Shown: positions 51,968-63,080 of the stretch, one piece after another
Layout of the letters: each line of letters starts with the position of its first letter
Position numbering within the stretch: position 1 is the stretch's first letter
Assembly: GCA_013115125.1 (NCBI GenBank)
Contig: JABANN010000139.1
Span: 1-63,080 of the forward strand
Reading direction: 5' to 3'
Length of the DNA: 63,080 nucleotides
Source of the DNA: Perkinsus olseni
Taxonomy: Eukaryota
Position numbers and translations under genes: made by a program
The notes under the pieces: generated by a model
Database searches by the model: none
What the model was told of the DNA's origin: nothing
The model's input: the letters and a program-made list of their open reading frames with translations, nothing else

Positions 51968-53939
51968 ATGAAACTCCGTCCTTGCGTGATGACCCCTCCC
52001 ACTAGCGGCTCCGAGGCTCAGCAAGCGACAGAGATCATTCCTAGACCAGGGCCGGAGCGGCTTGATTGGCTTCGACAGTCTTTGCGGAAGCGGCAAACTC
52101 CAGAGCAAAGGGATTATGTATTCTCTAAGGTCACACAAGCGGAGTTCTGGGAGCCTATGGAGGTTCCTCAGCTGGGTGTCAACGTTATTTTGAATCATAT
52201 CGAGGTTTTTTCGGAGGAGCAGAAAGAGCTGCTCAAGGACCGATCACGATATCCTATGCGGCTTCTGGCTGGTGGTCATAGGCATAGGGACGCTTCGGTG
52301 ACCGGATCTGAGAGAAGCCGCGAGTCTCGGCGGAGGAAGGTCCATAGAATCGGCAGTCTCGTCAGCTCTGGTGGCTATATCACTGTTGGCTCGAGCCGTA
52401 GGGTCCACACTGGATCGAAGGAAGAACGTTCGCGAGGGCGGGCGGTGAAGAGAAAAGTAAGAGAACAGCAGAAGCAGAAGAAAGCTGAGGAAGAAGCGTC
52501 CAAGGCGGCGAGAACCACCAAGGGGTCTGTGAAATCGTCTGGCGAAATCGAGGGTATTAGCACTCCTGAGAAGTTCGATGGCAGCAACGCCGTTGCGTCT
52601 GCTGGAGGGTCGCCTGTTGGTAGCCCAAGTGTGGAGGTTGACTACTCTGTGGATTCTCCCGTAGTCGTTTGTCCTGCACTGTCGAACGAGCAAGAGTCCA
52701 TGGGCCCTCCGCAGGCAGCACAGCCAGCCGGTGGGGACTCTGAAGTGGCAGTGGCTTCTGGTGATGATGAAAATGAGAAGGAAGTTATTTCGGAGAAGAA
52801 GCGAGCTGTTCTCGCGAAGAAGTAGTATTATCTCGGATTCGTGAGTAGGGCTGGGGCTACTGTGTGGTCTTCGTTGACGCGGGTCGCCGATATTTAGTCG
52901 TATGCAGTTTAGCGAATAACAGGAATAACTTAGGAATAACAGGGAGATCAATTGAATCAGACATGGCTGATAGATATTAAATTCGACCGCCTGCCGGCTG
53001 GTTCATAATCCAAGAACTACTCTAAGCGACTTGTGAACTTTCACTGCTTTTCGACCTCTGAATATGAAGTCGTTGGGCTGAACTGACGTCGCAGTGCTGT
53101 TGGTTTTATATCTCTGAAATAGGATCGGATTCCTCGCCACTCGGGAAATGTGTATTATTTTCCACGTTTTCACTAGCTATTGATTACTCCTTTTCTCTCA
53201 CTAACCATGGTTTGGGATTGACTCTATCATTCTCGTCTTCAGGCAAGAGCTCCTGCAGAAGCAGATAGACCTCCAAAGACTTATACTACGACGAAGACGC
53301 GAGAGCTCCCCGCCTGCACAGACTGTTCGACCTCGACCGAGGCCGGCCTTGCCCCCACGAGGCCCGCCGCGAATCGCGAGAACCAGGCCGAAGGTTACGA
53401 AGAAAAGCGGTGGTGTGAGTCCGGAAGAGGCGCTTAAGCGGGTTCGAGAATTGAAGAGTGCTGGAGCTCGAGAGAAGGCTCCTACCGAGATGTCCGAGCT
53501 GGATAAGTTTGAGAGATGCAAAGCAGAGGTGATGGCGAAGAAACAGCAAGCGAACGAGAAGCCCGTCGAGGCCGAGGCCACGGGGTCTCCTGCAGATCGC
53601 TCGGAGGTTAGAGATGGAGGGTCTCCGGCGGGGAGTTCGGAGGTAGAAGAAGAGCCCTGGTTTGTGAAAGTGCGATCGTTGCCGCCGAGCAGTCCGATAG
53701 AGAAAGAAGATGCTACGGGAGAGGAGAGAGAGAAAAAGTTGATTGGAATTGTCTTGCAGGAGCGCTATAAAGGCTCCAGCGGGAATTCTGATATCTTCGG
53801 AGATGCTGAAGACTCGGACAGAGAAGAAGTTTTGGAGACGCCGGAACCCGTGCCCCCACAGCGCCAGACGCCTGCTGATGATGATGAGCTCGATATTGAC
53901 GACGATGAGTTCCTACGACTCGATTATAGTGATATCTGA
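51968..53939 (+). CDS. Hypothetical charged low-complexity protein, 2 long exons
   Basis: ORF 51956-52825 and a second ORF ending at 53939 can join via a GT-AG intron (~52822-53242). Rich in K/R/E/S. Confidence 0.6.
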
Positions 53940-54544
53940 TAGTGCAAGTGATAACGGTCATTTGAATGGCCGGTCAGATGTGTAAAATTTGGTAAGTAGA
54001 GTTTATTTTCGATATCTAAGATTCTGTGGACCTATTAGATATTCTTCCATTGTTCATGGGTTGCTGTTTCGTTTACCGGGGCACAAAATCACCTTCGAAG
54101 TTGAAAAACTAGCTTACGGTAACGACAACCTTCCTCCCTCCAATCTCCCATACCCTCTTCAAAATGACTGTTAACGTAGGATCGATGTTCTTAGTCACGC
54201 CCTAGTATTCTCCAGTGCTCTCCTTCAGAGCAAACACTAGTTCCTACCCCATTCGATACTTCTTCCTCCGACAGCCACGCCGGCATCTGCTCACGTCGGG
54301 CTCGCAATCTCAACGGAAATATAGCGAGTTGATCTCCGGATAATAGCCCCCATGGAAAGCAAACCGGCGCATTCCGTCCCAGACGGTTCTGAATCGAATA
54401 TTCCTCGTTGCCGATGACAACCCGCAAACCTAACCCATTAATAGCTGCTAACACTACGAGGCACACCTCCAGTCCCGAAGGAAACGAGTTACACAGAGCG
54501 AGTGGCGTAAGTCCATAGCAACCTCATCGCGGAAGCAAACTCAT

Positions 54545-55350
54545 TTACTTCTTAGCCTTCTTCTTGCTAACCTTGGCGGGCTCAGCGGCGACCTCGACGG
54601 TTTTGGCGACGGGAGCAGCGACCTCCTCAGCGGAGGCAGCAGCAGCCTTGCCAGCGCGCTTCTCCTTCATGGCGCGGGCCTTGGCCTTACGGGCCTCAGT
54701 CTGCTCGACGAGAAGCTTGGCACGCTCAGTCTCGGCCTTCCTCTTGTGGATGGCCTCGATGAGCACACGCTTGTTCTTGAAGGTGTTACCCTTGGACTTC
54801 ATGTAGAAGAAGTGGTAGATGTGCTTGTCGACCTTGCCGGCCTCACGGTACTTCCTCAAGAGACGGCGGAGGACGCGCTGACGCCTCATCCACAAGACCT
54901 TGGTGGGCATGCGGGCCTCAGCGGTACCCTTACGCTTGCCAGGGCCAGTGTGGCGTCCCTTGCGCTTGGCGAGGAGGTTCTTACGAACGCGAGAACGAGA
55001 GTGCATCGCGACCTGTCAGCAAGAAAAATAAAGACGGTTTAAGAGGTTCGGGTAGACTTACGGGCTTCTTCATGATGATGCCATCATCGAGGAGCTTCCT
55101 AACACCCTTACGGGAGTTAGCAGTGGCAACCTCCATGGTCTCATTGGGGTCAATCCAGATGCGGTTCTTACCGCACTTGGCGACAGAAGCCGCCAAACGG
55201 CGTTGAAGCTTGAGCATGGACTGAGCACGACAACACCGTAACAGAGACTTCTCTTCGACGACGATTCCACCACGCCACACTCAGACAGACCGCGAACCCG
55301 AACGAACCAGGCCGAACCGATGCAGCGATTCCCCTCCCCAGTACTACCAT
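54545..55350 (-). CDS. RPL19: 60S ribosomal protein L19 (eL19)
   Basis: [28 protein letters not shown]...ANSR...[20 protein letters not shown]...[14 protein letters not shown]. First coding exon is ATG only (55348-55350). Confidence 0.97.
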
Positions 55351-55607
55351 TTCCTATAAATTCCACTCTGTGTGCACCGCTGCCAGGGCGTTGGGGCAGA
55401 CGAATCGCGGCTGTAGCGAACGCGGCGAGCGCGGAATATCGATCAATTGCGTGTTTAGCGCACGCCATTCTGATCGACGTGCTCTGTTCGGAAGTTCTTC
55501 ACGGCCCTTCTCTAGAGGTGTCGTTGTTACTTATATATGCTATGTCGTGTTAAGTACTGTCAATTGGGGCACTTAGGGTTGAACGATCTCACCTTGCTCA
55601 CTAGGAT

Positions 55608-58124
55608 ATGCCGTTCCGCCGACTAATCTCCCGTCGGTCGACCCTTTTAACTGGGACGGCATCTACCTCTCATTTTTCCAGAGCGTGAGGGACTTACTTG
55701 GTTCTCTTTTTCTGAGAGAGGAACGGTGTTAGGTTTTGCAACGTCGCCGCAGTGGCACAGGAATCACCTCAGTCCGAGGCTACTTCTCACACTGTGCTGG
55801 TGAGGGCTTTTTCTTCTGCGATAACATTGGAGTTCTCGCTGTCTTCAGAGACAACGGCTTCTTACAGACGAAGATGTCGTCCAGGTAGGCCTCTCTGTGG
55901 TTGGAGGTGATCCTGCCGTGACGGTGGTTCTCAGTATTCAAAGCTCAAGATCAAACAGATGCAAGACGCTGGCAACAGCGAGTACATTCCATCCGGTTTC
56001 CCGGCCGAACCCACAGATGCCGACTACTTGTCGTGGTAAGCAGTTGATGGGTGTCTGTCGAGGCGTGAGGTCCCCACTCGGAGGTACAAGTCCTTCAAGA
56101 AAGCGAAGTATAACGAGAAGAAGCGGAGATCGACGAGGCTCTTGAGAGTCTCTCGCGTTATGTATCGCCAGCTTGCTGCTAAGTCTGTGGACGTTGAGGT
56201 GCGTCCCCTTCTGTAAGTGTCTCCGGGGGGTATTTCCTTTTAACTCAGGCAATATCGCAGAAGTGCCCTGAGCTGGGAGAGCTTCTGAAAAATCCTCCCA
56301 CTGTGGCTGGGGACAGAGACAACGCCTCGGCACGGAATTGGTGGGTTGGCTAACCCTATCGTGTTAGTATTTTATACTTTGACCGCGCAGGGTGACTCAA
56401 ATTGAGAAGGTGATGGCTGAAAAGTCAGGCGTACTGGAGGGGATTGAGTTGCCTCTTCCTCAAAAGGGTTTTACGCCAGGGTAGGTAGCTCCACGCTGCT
56501 CTCGGGTGACGTTATCCGCTTATTCAGGAGGTTCATTTCGCTCAAGAGCGTATCGTCGGTCAAGAATCTTGTAGAGTCTGGCGCTTTCGACGATGTTGCG
56601 AAGGCTCCTATTGTCACTGAGGGCGATAGGATCGGTGAGCGCCTCGTCTTTCGAGTTGTAATTGGTCGTTTTCTCATTCTTTTTCAGTCCATAAGCTCGT
56701 CCCTGAGTTGAAGGCCGACGAGTCTCGGTACTTCACCATTACTCAGAACGAAGCGGATTCCCTTGAGTCCTGGCTGGTGAAACATAGTTCGGACACCACC
56801 CCATCCAAGAAGTGAAGGCTAGCGCGTGTGTCGTGCTTTGTTCGAAGACATTTGGTGCAGGTTTCATGTCAATGGCACTGTGCGGAACAGAATCTCCTAC
56901 GGTCTTAAGAACGGCCTCCTCGAACCTCCAAGCCCGAGTATCATGAGATTGGCTCACTTCGCCATCGAAGATGCAGGTGGGCTTAAGCAAGCTGAGTGCG
57001 CTTTCCACCAAGTCGTTTTGCCAGACACCAGCGAGGCTTTGGCGGCTTTGGTATCGGAGTTGAAACGAAATCCTAAACGAGTGGATCAGTTAACCCCGGC
57101 TGAGGCCGTGCTGCTCAAGCGACGGATAGCCATCAATATGGTCAAACCCACGAAGGACTTGAAGGACGTTGCGAAGTGAGAACCGCTTCACTCGCGGTGC
57201 TCATATATCCGTTGTGTCATTTGCTAGGCCTAAGGTCCAGCTCAAAAAGGCGAAATTGCGAAAGGGATACGGAACAATAATTAAGAACGGCCTCCTGGAT
57301 CGACCGCGGGAAGATCTCCTGAAGGACAAGAGCACAGCGGAAAGCTCAGGTAGGTCGCTCCTGTCATCATGTCTTACTTCACATTTTCATCGCAGAGACA
57401 GCCGAGAGAGTGGACCAGATTGTGGAGGAGTTGCGAGCGAATCCGGGACGGCATAAAACCCTCACACCCGGAGAGACCAAACTACTAGCCCACCGAGTGG
57501 AAGTGAACAAGGAGACCGTCGGCGCTGTTAAGAGAATAAGGGGGTGGGTTTACCGGGGGGGCGTTCAGTCAACTTTTTTGGATCAGTTACCTTACGACCA
57601 TTCGCGGCCAAGAGTCTACTGCAAGTCTAACAGATGCTCAACTCCTCGACATGCGATCAGAGTTCGAGGCCACCGTGAGCCGGGGTTGCTAACTCAGACC
57701 AAATGACTTTTCGTTTTCAGGAGCAATATAGGACTCGGATACGGGAAATAAGGCAGCAGGTGACACAGGCGAGGCGGCAAGCACGGGTGGATAACTTGAC
57801 TCAGAAGGCCATGAAGGTTGCCAAGCAAATGTATTTGGGTTCGCACTAATTATGTCGAGCATCGGACGCTCCAGGTTTTCCCGTGGCCGGCTAGACTTCG
57901 ACCCATCCAGCAAAACAGAGGACGAAGTGCTTCAATGGTACAGAGATAGTGTTACTGCGAAGATAACGAAAAAGAAGTCAGTTTTTGGTGGGGGTTGCGT
58001 TCGTTTATTTGATAATGGTTTCAGAGAGGAGATCGCGGCCTACCGTGCCAAGAAGCAAGTTCACTTCTGGGAGAAGGCTCGAACGGAGGAGACGAGTGCG
58101 GCGGCGAGCCTTAATTCTGCTTAG
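55608..58124 (+). CDS. Hypothetical, probably mitochondrial, protein with internal duplication
   Basis: R/S/L-rich N-terminus lacking acidic residues (MPFRRLISRRSTLLTG). Many short introns and two copies of KNGLL...EL(K/R)xNP...LTP.E..LL..R..(I/V)N. Confidence 0.6.
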
Positions 58125-59091
58125 CATGAGATTTTCGCCACTGTTTCGGCAAACATGTTTCTGCGCTCTAATTCGTTGTTCGTCTTCCAGTCGGTTGGGG
58201 TGAGCCGATAAATATGCACGAGAATGCACTGTAGCATCCTTCGAGCCACGCCGGCACCAATGATAATTCGATACTTAATTTCTATTCAATATTCGTCAGT
58301 GACAACTGTGGATATTATCACTGCACCATGCGTGGGAACCTAGTTTAGTTTGGCATGCTTTCGCGTTACGTTTCAAACCAACTCGTGTCGCTCCACTGCG
58401 GCGATGTCATTGCCCTCAACTGCTCACACTTTATTTAACATACGTGCGAAGACTGGGCCTTTGCACAGATGCTAAATGAAGAGTGATTGCTCACCTTCAC
58501 TCGAGCATGCAGCGATCCACCCACTCGCGTTAGTGATATCTTGAACGAATAGCTTTGGCCGAACTATTTGGCCCAGGGGATCACTAGCTGTTTCGCTACC
58601 GGCCACGGACCGGTGTTATTCCATTAACTATCAACCGACCCCTTAGAAACACGATGTGTCTAGCATGGAGCGGCAACGAGATGCGTATTCGTGACCGACA
58701 TGGAAGACACAGTAGCTACTGGGCAGTTGAGTCGTAATAACTGATGCTGTGCCACCAGTTCAGCGGGGTGGCTCGAGCCGCTCGAGTCGGGCGTGTTCAC
58801 ACGAGACTGCAAATTCGCATCGAGTACATGAAGCAGGTCAGCGATAGTCCCACGGTTCTTACATGCATCGTTTTGATTGGCGGTAAAGCCATAACCGTTT
58901 TTTCCACGGGCATGGGTACCTTGCGTTGATGATTACTCTCGACAGTCCCGTAATGTGCTACTTAGACACAACAGACTTCGACGCTATTCAACTAACACTA
59001 GCATAAAGAGGAACTACTGCCGATTGACGGCTAATCATCAGAACTGGCCGACGACCAAGACACACAAATCATAATTGTGTTGATATAATAT

Positions 59092-60279
59092 TCATTGCAA
59101 AGACAGCATTAGAACTTCGCCAGCGTGGTAGCCCCGGCCATCATCGTCACCAAGATTAACTCTACCGTCTTTGGAATATGGCTTCTCAGCAACTACGTGG
59201 AGCATCCAGTCTCGAGTGCCACAGAAAAAGACATCTCGGTAGGGACCGAAGAGTTGCGTTTCAGTGAGGATCTGGCCAGAGACACGCATCTCCATAACGG
59301 CAATCTTCGCCATCGCATCCTCTCGTAACAACATTGCGCAGACATAGCCCTTGGTCCCGGGGATGAAGCGAGCGGCAGTCGCACCTCGACTATCGAACTC
59401 ATGCGACGGCTCTGTCTCGCGGGAGTCTTGCAGGCAGATCTTCTCCTTGTGGCTCGCCCCGTGAGCGAAGTAGAGCAGCATCATCGGAGGAGAGGATGAG
59501 CCAACCACGTCAACATCTTGGATCTTGATTATTTTGTGGATAATTTTAGTCGAGAACGCAGGCGCTGTGGAGTCGACATCAATCGCGAAGATTTGACGCG
59601 CCTCGAACGGTTGGACGAGTAGATACTTATCATGGACAAACATGTCTTTAACACTGCATGATGGATAAAGAGGAGTCAGTATCACGCCGCCCGGAAAACC
59701 GAGTCGGTATATAATTGTAGAATCACTCTCCAAAGTATAGTAAAGGATGCTATTACAAACGCAGGCACGTCTCACGGTCTTTCCCCAGTCGCCATCGTAT
59801 CTATTTCGCTTGCCATGGAGGTCCTCGGTGTCAAGGTCGATGAGAACGCTCGCAACTCTTTCTGGGTTCCCTCTCTCAAGCTCGACGACACGCAAGCTGC
59901 TGAAGGACTTCAACTGACTAACGCAGGCGATAAGTTTATCATCCACTTTCGAGAGGCTGTCCACACTGATGCCCGACGCTTTTCGACGGAGCCTGCACGA
60001 ATTGATCGCGATCCACGGGAGCGTGCCCCACAGGGTGGCCTTCAAGTCGTCGAAGCCCATACCGACGAGCCTCTGTAGGTAGGCTAGTTCCAACGATATA
60101 CGGTTACGATGAATAACACGGTCGGAACGACGACACACCATGAAGGGCGAAATACCAAAGACCAAAAACCGCAACACTACGATCCCTGATGACTGTGACG
60201 AAGCACTAAACGCAGCACGTAGAGAACGTAACTGCACGCCAACGTTTCCAGGGCACGCGGTATGCCATTGCAGATTCAA
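59092..60279 (-). CDS. Intronless hypothetical protein
   Basis: 395-aa uninterrupted ORF with a beta-strand-like C-terminal half. The true start is probably internal. Confidence 0.6.
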   Translation of the reverse strand: MNLQWHTACPGNVGVQLRSLRAAFSASSQSSGIVVLRFLVFGISPFMVCRRSDRVIHRNRISLELAYLQRLVGMGFDDLKATLWGTLPWIAINSCRLRRKASGISVDSLSKVDDKLIACVSQLKSFSSLRVVELERGNPERVASVLIDLDTEDLHGKRNRYDGDWGKTVRRACVCNSILYYTLESDSTIIYRLGFPGGVILTPLYPSCSVKDMFVHDKYLLVQPFEARQIFAIDVDSTAPAFSTKIIHKIIKIQDVDVVGSSSPPMMLLYFAHGASHKEKICLQDSRETEPSHEFDSRGATAARFIPGTKGYVCAMLLREDAMAKIAVMEMRVSGQILTETQLFGPYRDVFFCGTRDWMLHVVAEKPYSKDGRVNLGDDDGRGYHAGEVLMLSLQ

Positions 60280-60499
60280 AGCGGCGCAGCGAAAATCACC
60301 GAACAGACCTCAGAAATCTGTAAGATTTCCGTAATAGGCTCACTAGCTTCGCGCATTGGAGCATTGAAGCACTCAGACTCGACACCATCAGAAATTTCCT
60401 TGCGCTCGGCAATGCACAGTTGGAAGTGATAGTAGGAGTATCCATCTGATATTTTCTACCGCAGTTTTGCATCTTACATTCAGAAGCTTTTCAACATTC

Positions 60500-61732
60500 A
60501 TGGGGGGGCCTTCTTCCGGACTGTATCACACTGTGCAGCTCAAATGTGTCAAAATCATTAATCTATTTGCTGGTCAGACAGAGCCCGCCTCGATAACCAA
60601 GATACTGTAGACATTGCACCTGCCTGGGATCTTCGCAAGAGATGGCGAATCTTATTCTTGCCTGTCAGATTGTCCCAAAGAGTCGTCGGCCTCGGTGTGC
60701 AGTGCAATAAGGGGCAGAAAGGCATCCATGCTGTAGAAAGACTGTCTCCCGGGGGCACGATACGCGGTATCCACGTAACGAGGTTTCGTTTGCTTCAGAT
60801 AACCATCGCAACCGCAAAGGAAGGTGTCTTCATCTACATTCTGGAGAGGGATAGGCTTTGGCTTCCAGCCGGCCTGTGGGGCTTACTCAAAGACCCAGTG
60901 AGTGGATATCTCACCGAGAGCTTGGCGGCCAGATTGCGAGAAGGCCAGACTCTGGCTCTCTTACCCTCTTCTCTTCCACTATCTCTCCGACATATATCGT
61001 TTTCAGACATGCACGAAAGTAATTTGTAACGTATATGGCTATCTGATAGAAAGGGTTTGCCAAGACTTCCGACTCAATGATCTACCCGAGAGCCTGTTCG
61101 ACGTCGAAAAGGATACGGTCCAGTCTGCAGCTCGGCCCCTTGGCTTACGGGTGTATTGGCCTCCGTAAGTGGAAGAAACCAATTTGGCTCATCTGCTCCG
61201 CGAGATTTTACTCGTTGTGTTCATTTCTCAGAGAAAAGGAATTCTACCGCTTCACAGAGCAAACATTGGATAAGGAGCATAAGAGATACCTGGCGGTGAA
61301 TGCTCTCGTTCCCTTGCTAGTGGTCGCTCGCAAAGGGAAGTTCCAACTGAAGGTACACTGCACGAGAGTCGTTCATATTTATCCGGGTGTATCACTTAGA
61401 AGTCCGACTGTCAACGGATTACATTTAACTTCACGAAATATGACCCTCCTAGGAGACGATGTAGTGAGGCGGACATTTCTTCAGAAGAGGACGATGAGGC
61501 ATCTTCGGAAGAGGATAACGAGACGTCTTCAGAAGAGGATGATGAGGCATCCTCAGAAGAGGATAACGAGACGTCTTCAGAAGAGGATGATGAGGCATCC
61601 TCAGGAGAGGATGATGAGATATCTCTTCAAGAAGAGGGTGACGCATCTCGATGGAGTGGCGAGACGGAAAGGAACTCCAGCAGTTCAATATTGGTGATAT
61701 TGATACCAACTGGTAATAAAACACATAGTTGA
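60500..61732 (+). CDS. WRN/EXD-type (DEDDy) 3'-5' exonuclease-like protein, apparently inactive, with acidic tail
   Basis: RVVGLGVQC...ITIAT...IYIL...LPAGLWGLLKDP..TKV...DF...LFDV...LDKEHKRYLAVNA follows the WRN-exonuclease pattern (VVGxDxEW, LQxAT, LPxxLxxLLxDP, YAAxDA). Confidence 0.6.
61478..61645 (+). repeat. Coding tandem repeat, 7 x 24 bp (48-bp higher-order unit), encoding SSEEDDEA/SSEEDNET
   Basis: TCTTCAGAAGAGGATGATGAGGCA alternates with TCxTCxGAAGAGGATAACGAGACG. Confidence 0.95.
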
Positions 61733-63080
61733 AAAATTGTACTGTATATTTATGCTTCAAAAATACTATCTGTACTCGCTGAAAATTTAAGATATGGTTG
61801 CATAAAGTGACCAGGCCGAGATTTTTTCAGGTAATGGTCGCAATGTTCCTTCAGAAGATAAGGATTTCCTCCTGCCCAAGAAGTTCATCAGACGCATGAA
61901 AAGAGCTAGTTTGACTGGGTCCAGAAAGCGTGAGAGAGGCACTGGCGCCGAGAGTCCCATGAAAAGTACGAAGAAAGCCCGCTCCAACAAATCACGCAAG
62001 CAAGGGTGAAATCGAATGCAGTATCTTTGTCATAATACTACGTTTCTGTTTATATGCAGGGTGTTTAGTGTGACAAAGTCGAGCTCAACTAGGATATTCG
62101 TTGTCAACGAATCGTTGATAGGAGTAGATAGGGCTTACATGTAGCTCATGTAGAGTGGCCCACTTTATTCGTGTTACCCTCCATCGTTGAGAAGGCCATG
62201 GAAACCCTGACCCATTCACCATTCTCGTAGTCGAAGCATTCGAGTTTGGAAGAAATGATCTTCGCCTACCGCATGAGAGTCTCATCTGAGAGTCCGCCTT
62301 GAGAGTCTCGGCTGGTATGTGCCGCAGACTCTAGTTGTAACCCTCGTTGCCTCATTGTTCCTCTCAGTGCCATAGTCCAGGCCTGCACACTGACGGCGTA
62401 TGAATGAGTTTATAGTTCAACGCCGGAACTGGCTCAGATTCACTTCCATTGACGTGCTCCATTCTTGAGAGCTTATTGCGCACCTCGATATGAAGTGATT
62501 ATTAAGTTTTCTCTCAAGACTCTTGACTCGATAGGCTTTTCTGGGCGGTCTGTTCGGACTGAATAGTCTCCTCTGCTCTCGACAGAATCCTGCCTAATGA
62601 TCCCAGTCACCTGACACCGATGGCACTTACAACATGCTTACTACTCCTTACCAGTATTAACTTTGCTTACCAGCTCTGCTTACCAGTATTAACGCAGTGG
62701 TGCGATGGCCTCATAACCCGCAGCCAGCCTGCTGTATAGAAGCAGGCGTACGATTAAGACTGAGATCATAAGAGACCTGAGCGACACAAGAAGCGCGACT
62801 GCCATCCCACTGGCCCCGTCAGGTGTGATATTGGAGCCATATTAGGCCTCTGGCGAGCCTCAGGCTACGATACCATCGCTAATTTGACACTCAAGCGACT
62901 CACTTGTTTAGGAGGCCGGTAACGGACCAGATTACATGGTGGGACATGTTCCTCATCCGAAACCTCCCTGAAATTCTCGCTAGGATTATTAAGCGGGATA
63001 TCTTAATTGTTGCGACACGGCTCTCTGCCCGCTTGACGCCCCGGAGGTCGCGATCGACGACTGGCTTTCGTGCAACCCAA

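Noticed and set aside
61449..61760. Arg/Met-rich or His/Pro-rich repeat ORFs, or a CRISPR-like array
   Set aside because: Contiguous tandem units with no spacers. Splicing intron 61353-61399 puts the acidic frame in register.
62850..62872. Spliced-leader relic (TCGTAGCCTGAGGCTC on the minus strand)
   Set aside because: Only a partial gapped match to CCGTAGCCATYTTGGCTCAAG. No convincing SL or SL-RNA gene was seen in the window.

Overview
Gene-dense, intron-rich eukaryotic nuclear DNA, not prokaryotic. Most introns are ~40-60 nt GT-AG with degenerate donors, and a subset are ~280-480 nt. Gene style and the lineage-specific secreted family suggest an alveolate, most likely Perkinsus (inference). 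Genes recognised by manual splicing: SPT4, a four-module ankyrin protein, COA4-like CHCH protein, FYV7/TAP26-like protein, a UCP-like SLC25 carrier, NRAMP, a divergent SKP1, two paralogous secreted proteins flanking an assembly gap, listerin/LTN1, a purple acid phosphatase with two catalytic domains in one ORF, casein kinase 1, a PPPDE/DeSI isopeptidase, a delta-9 desaturase, RPL19, a probable mitochondrial protein with an internal duplication, and an apparently inactive WRN/EXD-type 3'-5' exonuclease with an acidic repeat tail. The left 2.5 kb holds transposon debris: hAT-like ends, a MITE with a target-site duplication, a tRNA-Glu-like relic and a possible LTR. Genes lie in tightly packed same-strand blocks. 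I see no clear-cut novel multi-gene system. The best leads are the tandem double-domain phosphatase, the pseudo-exonuclease and the SKP1 lacking the hydroxylatable proline. Exon boundaries are hand-derived and approximate.
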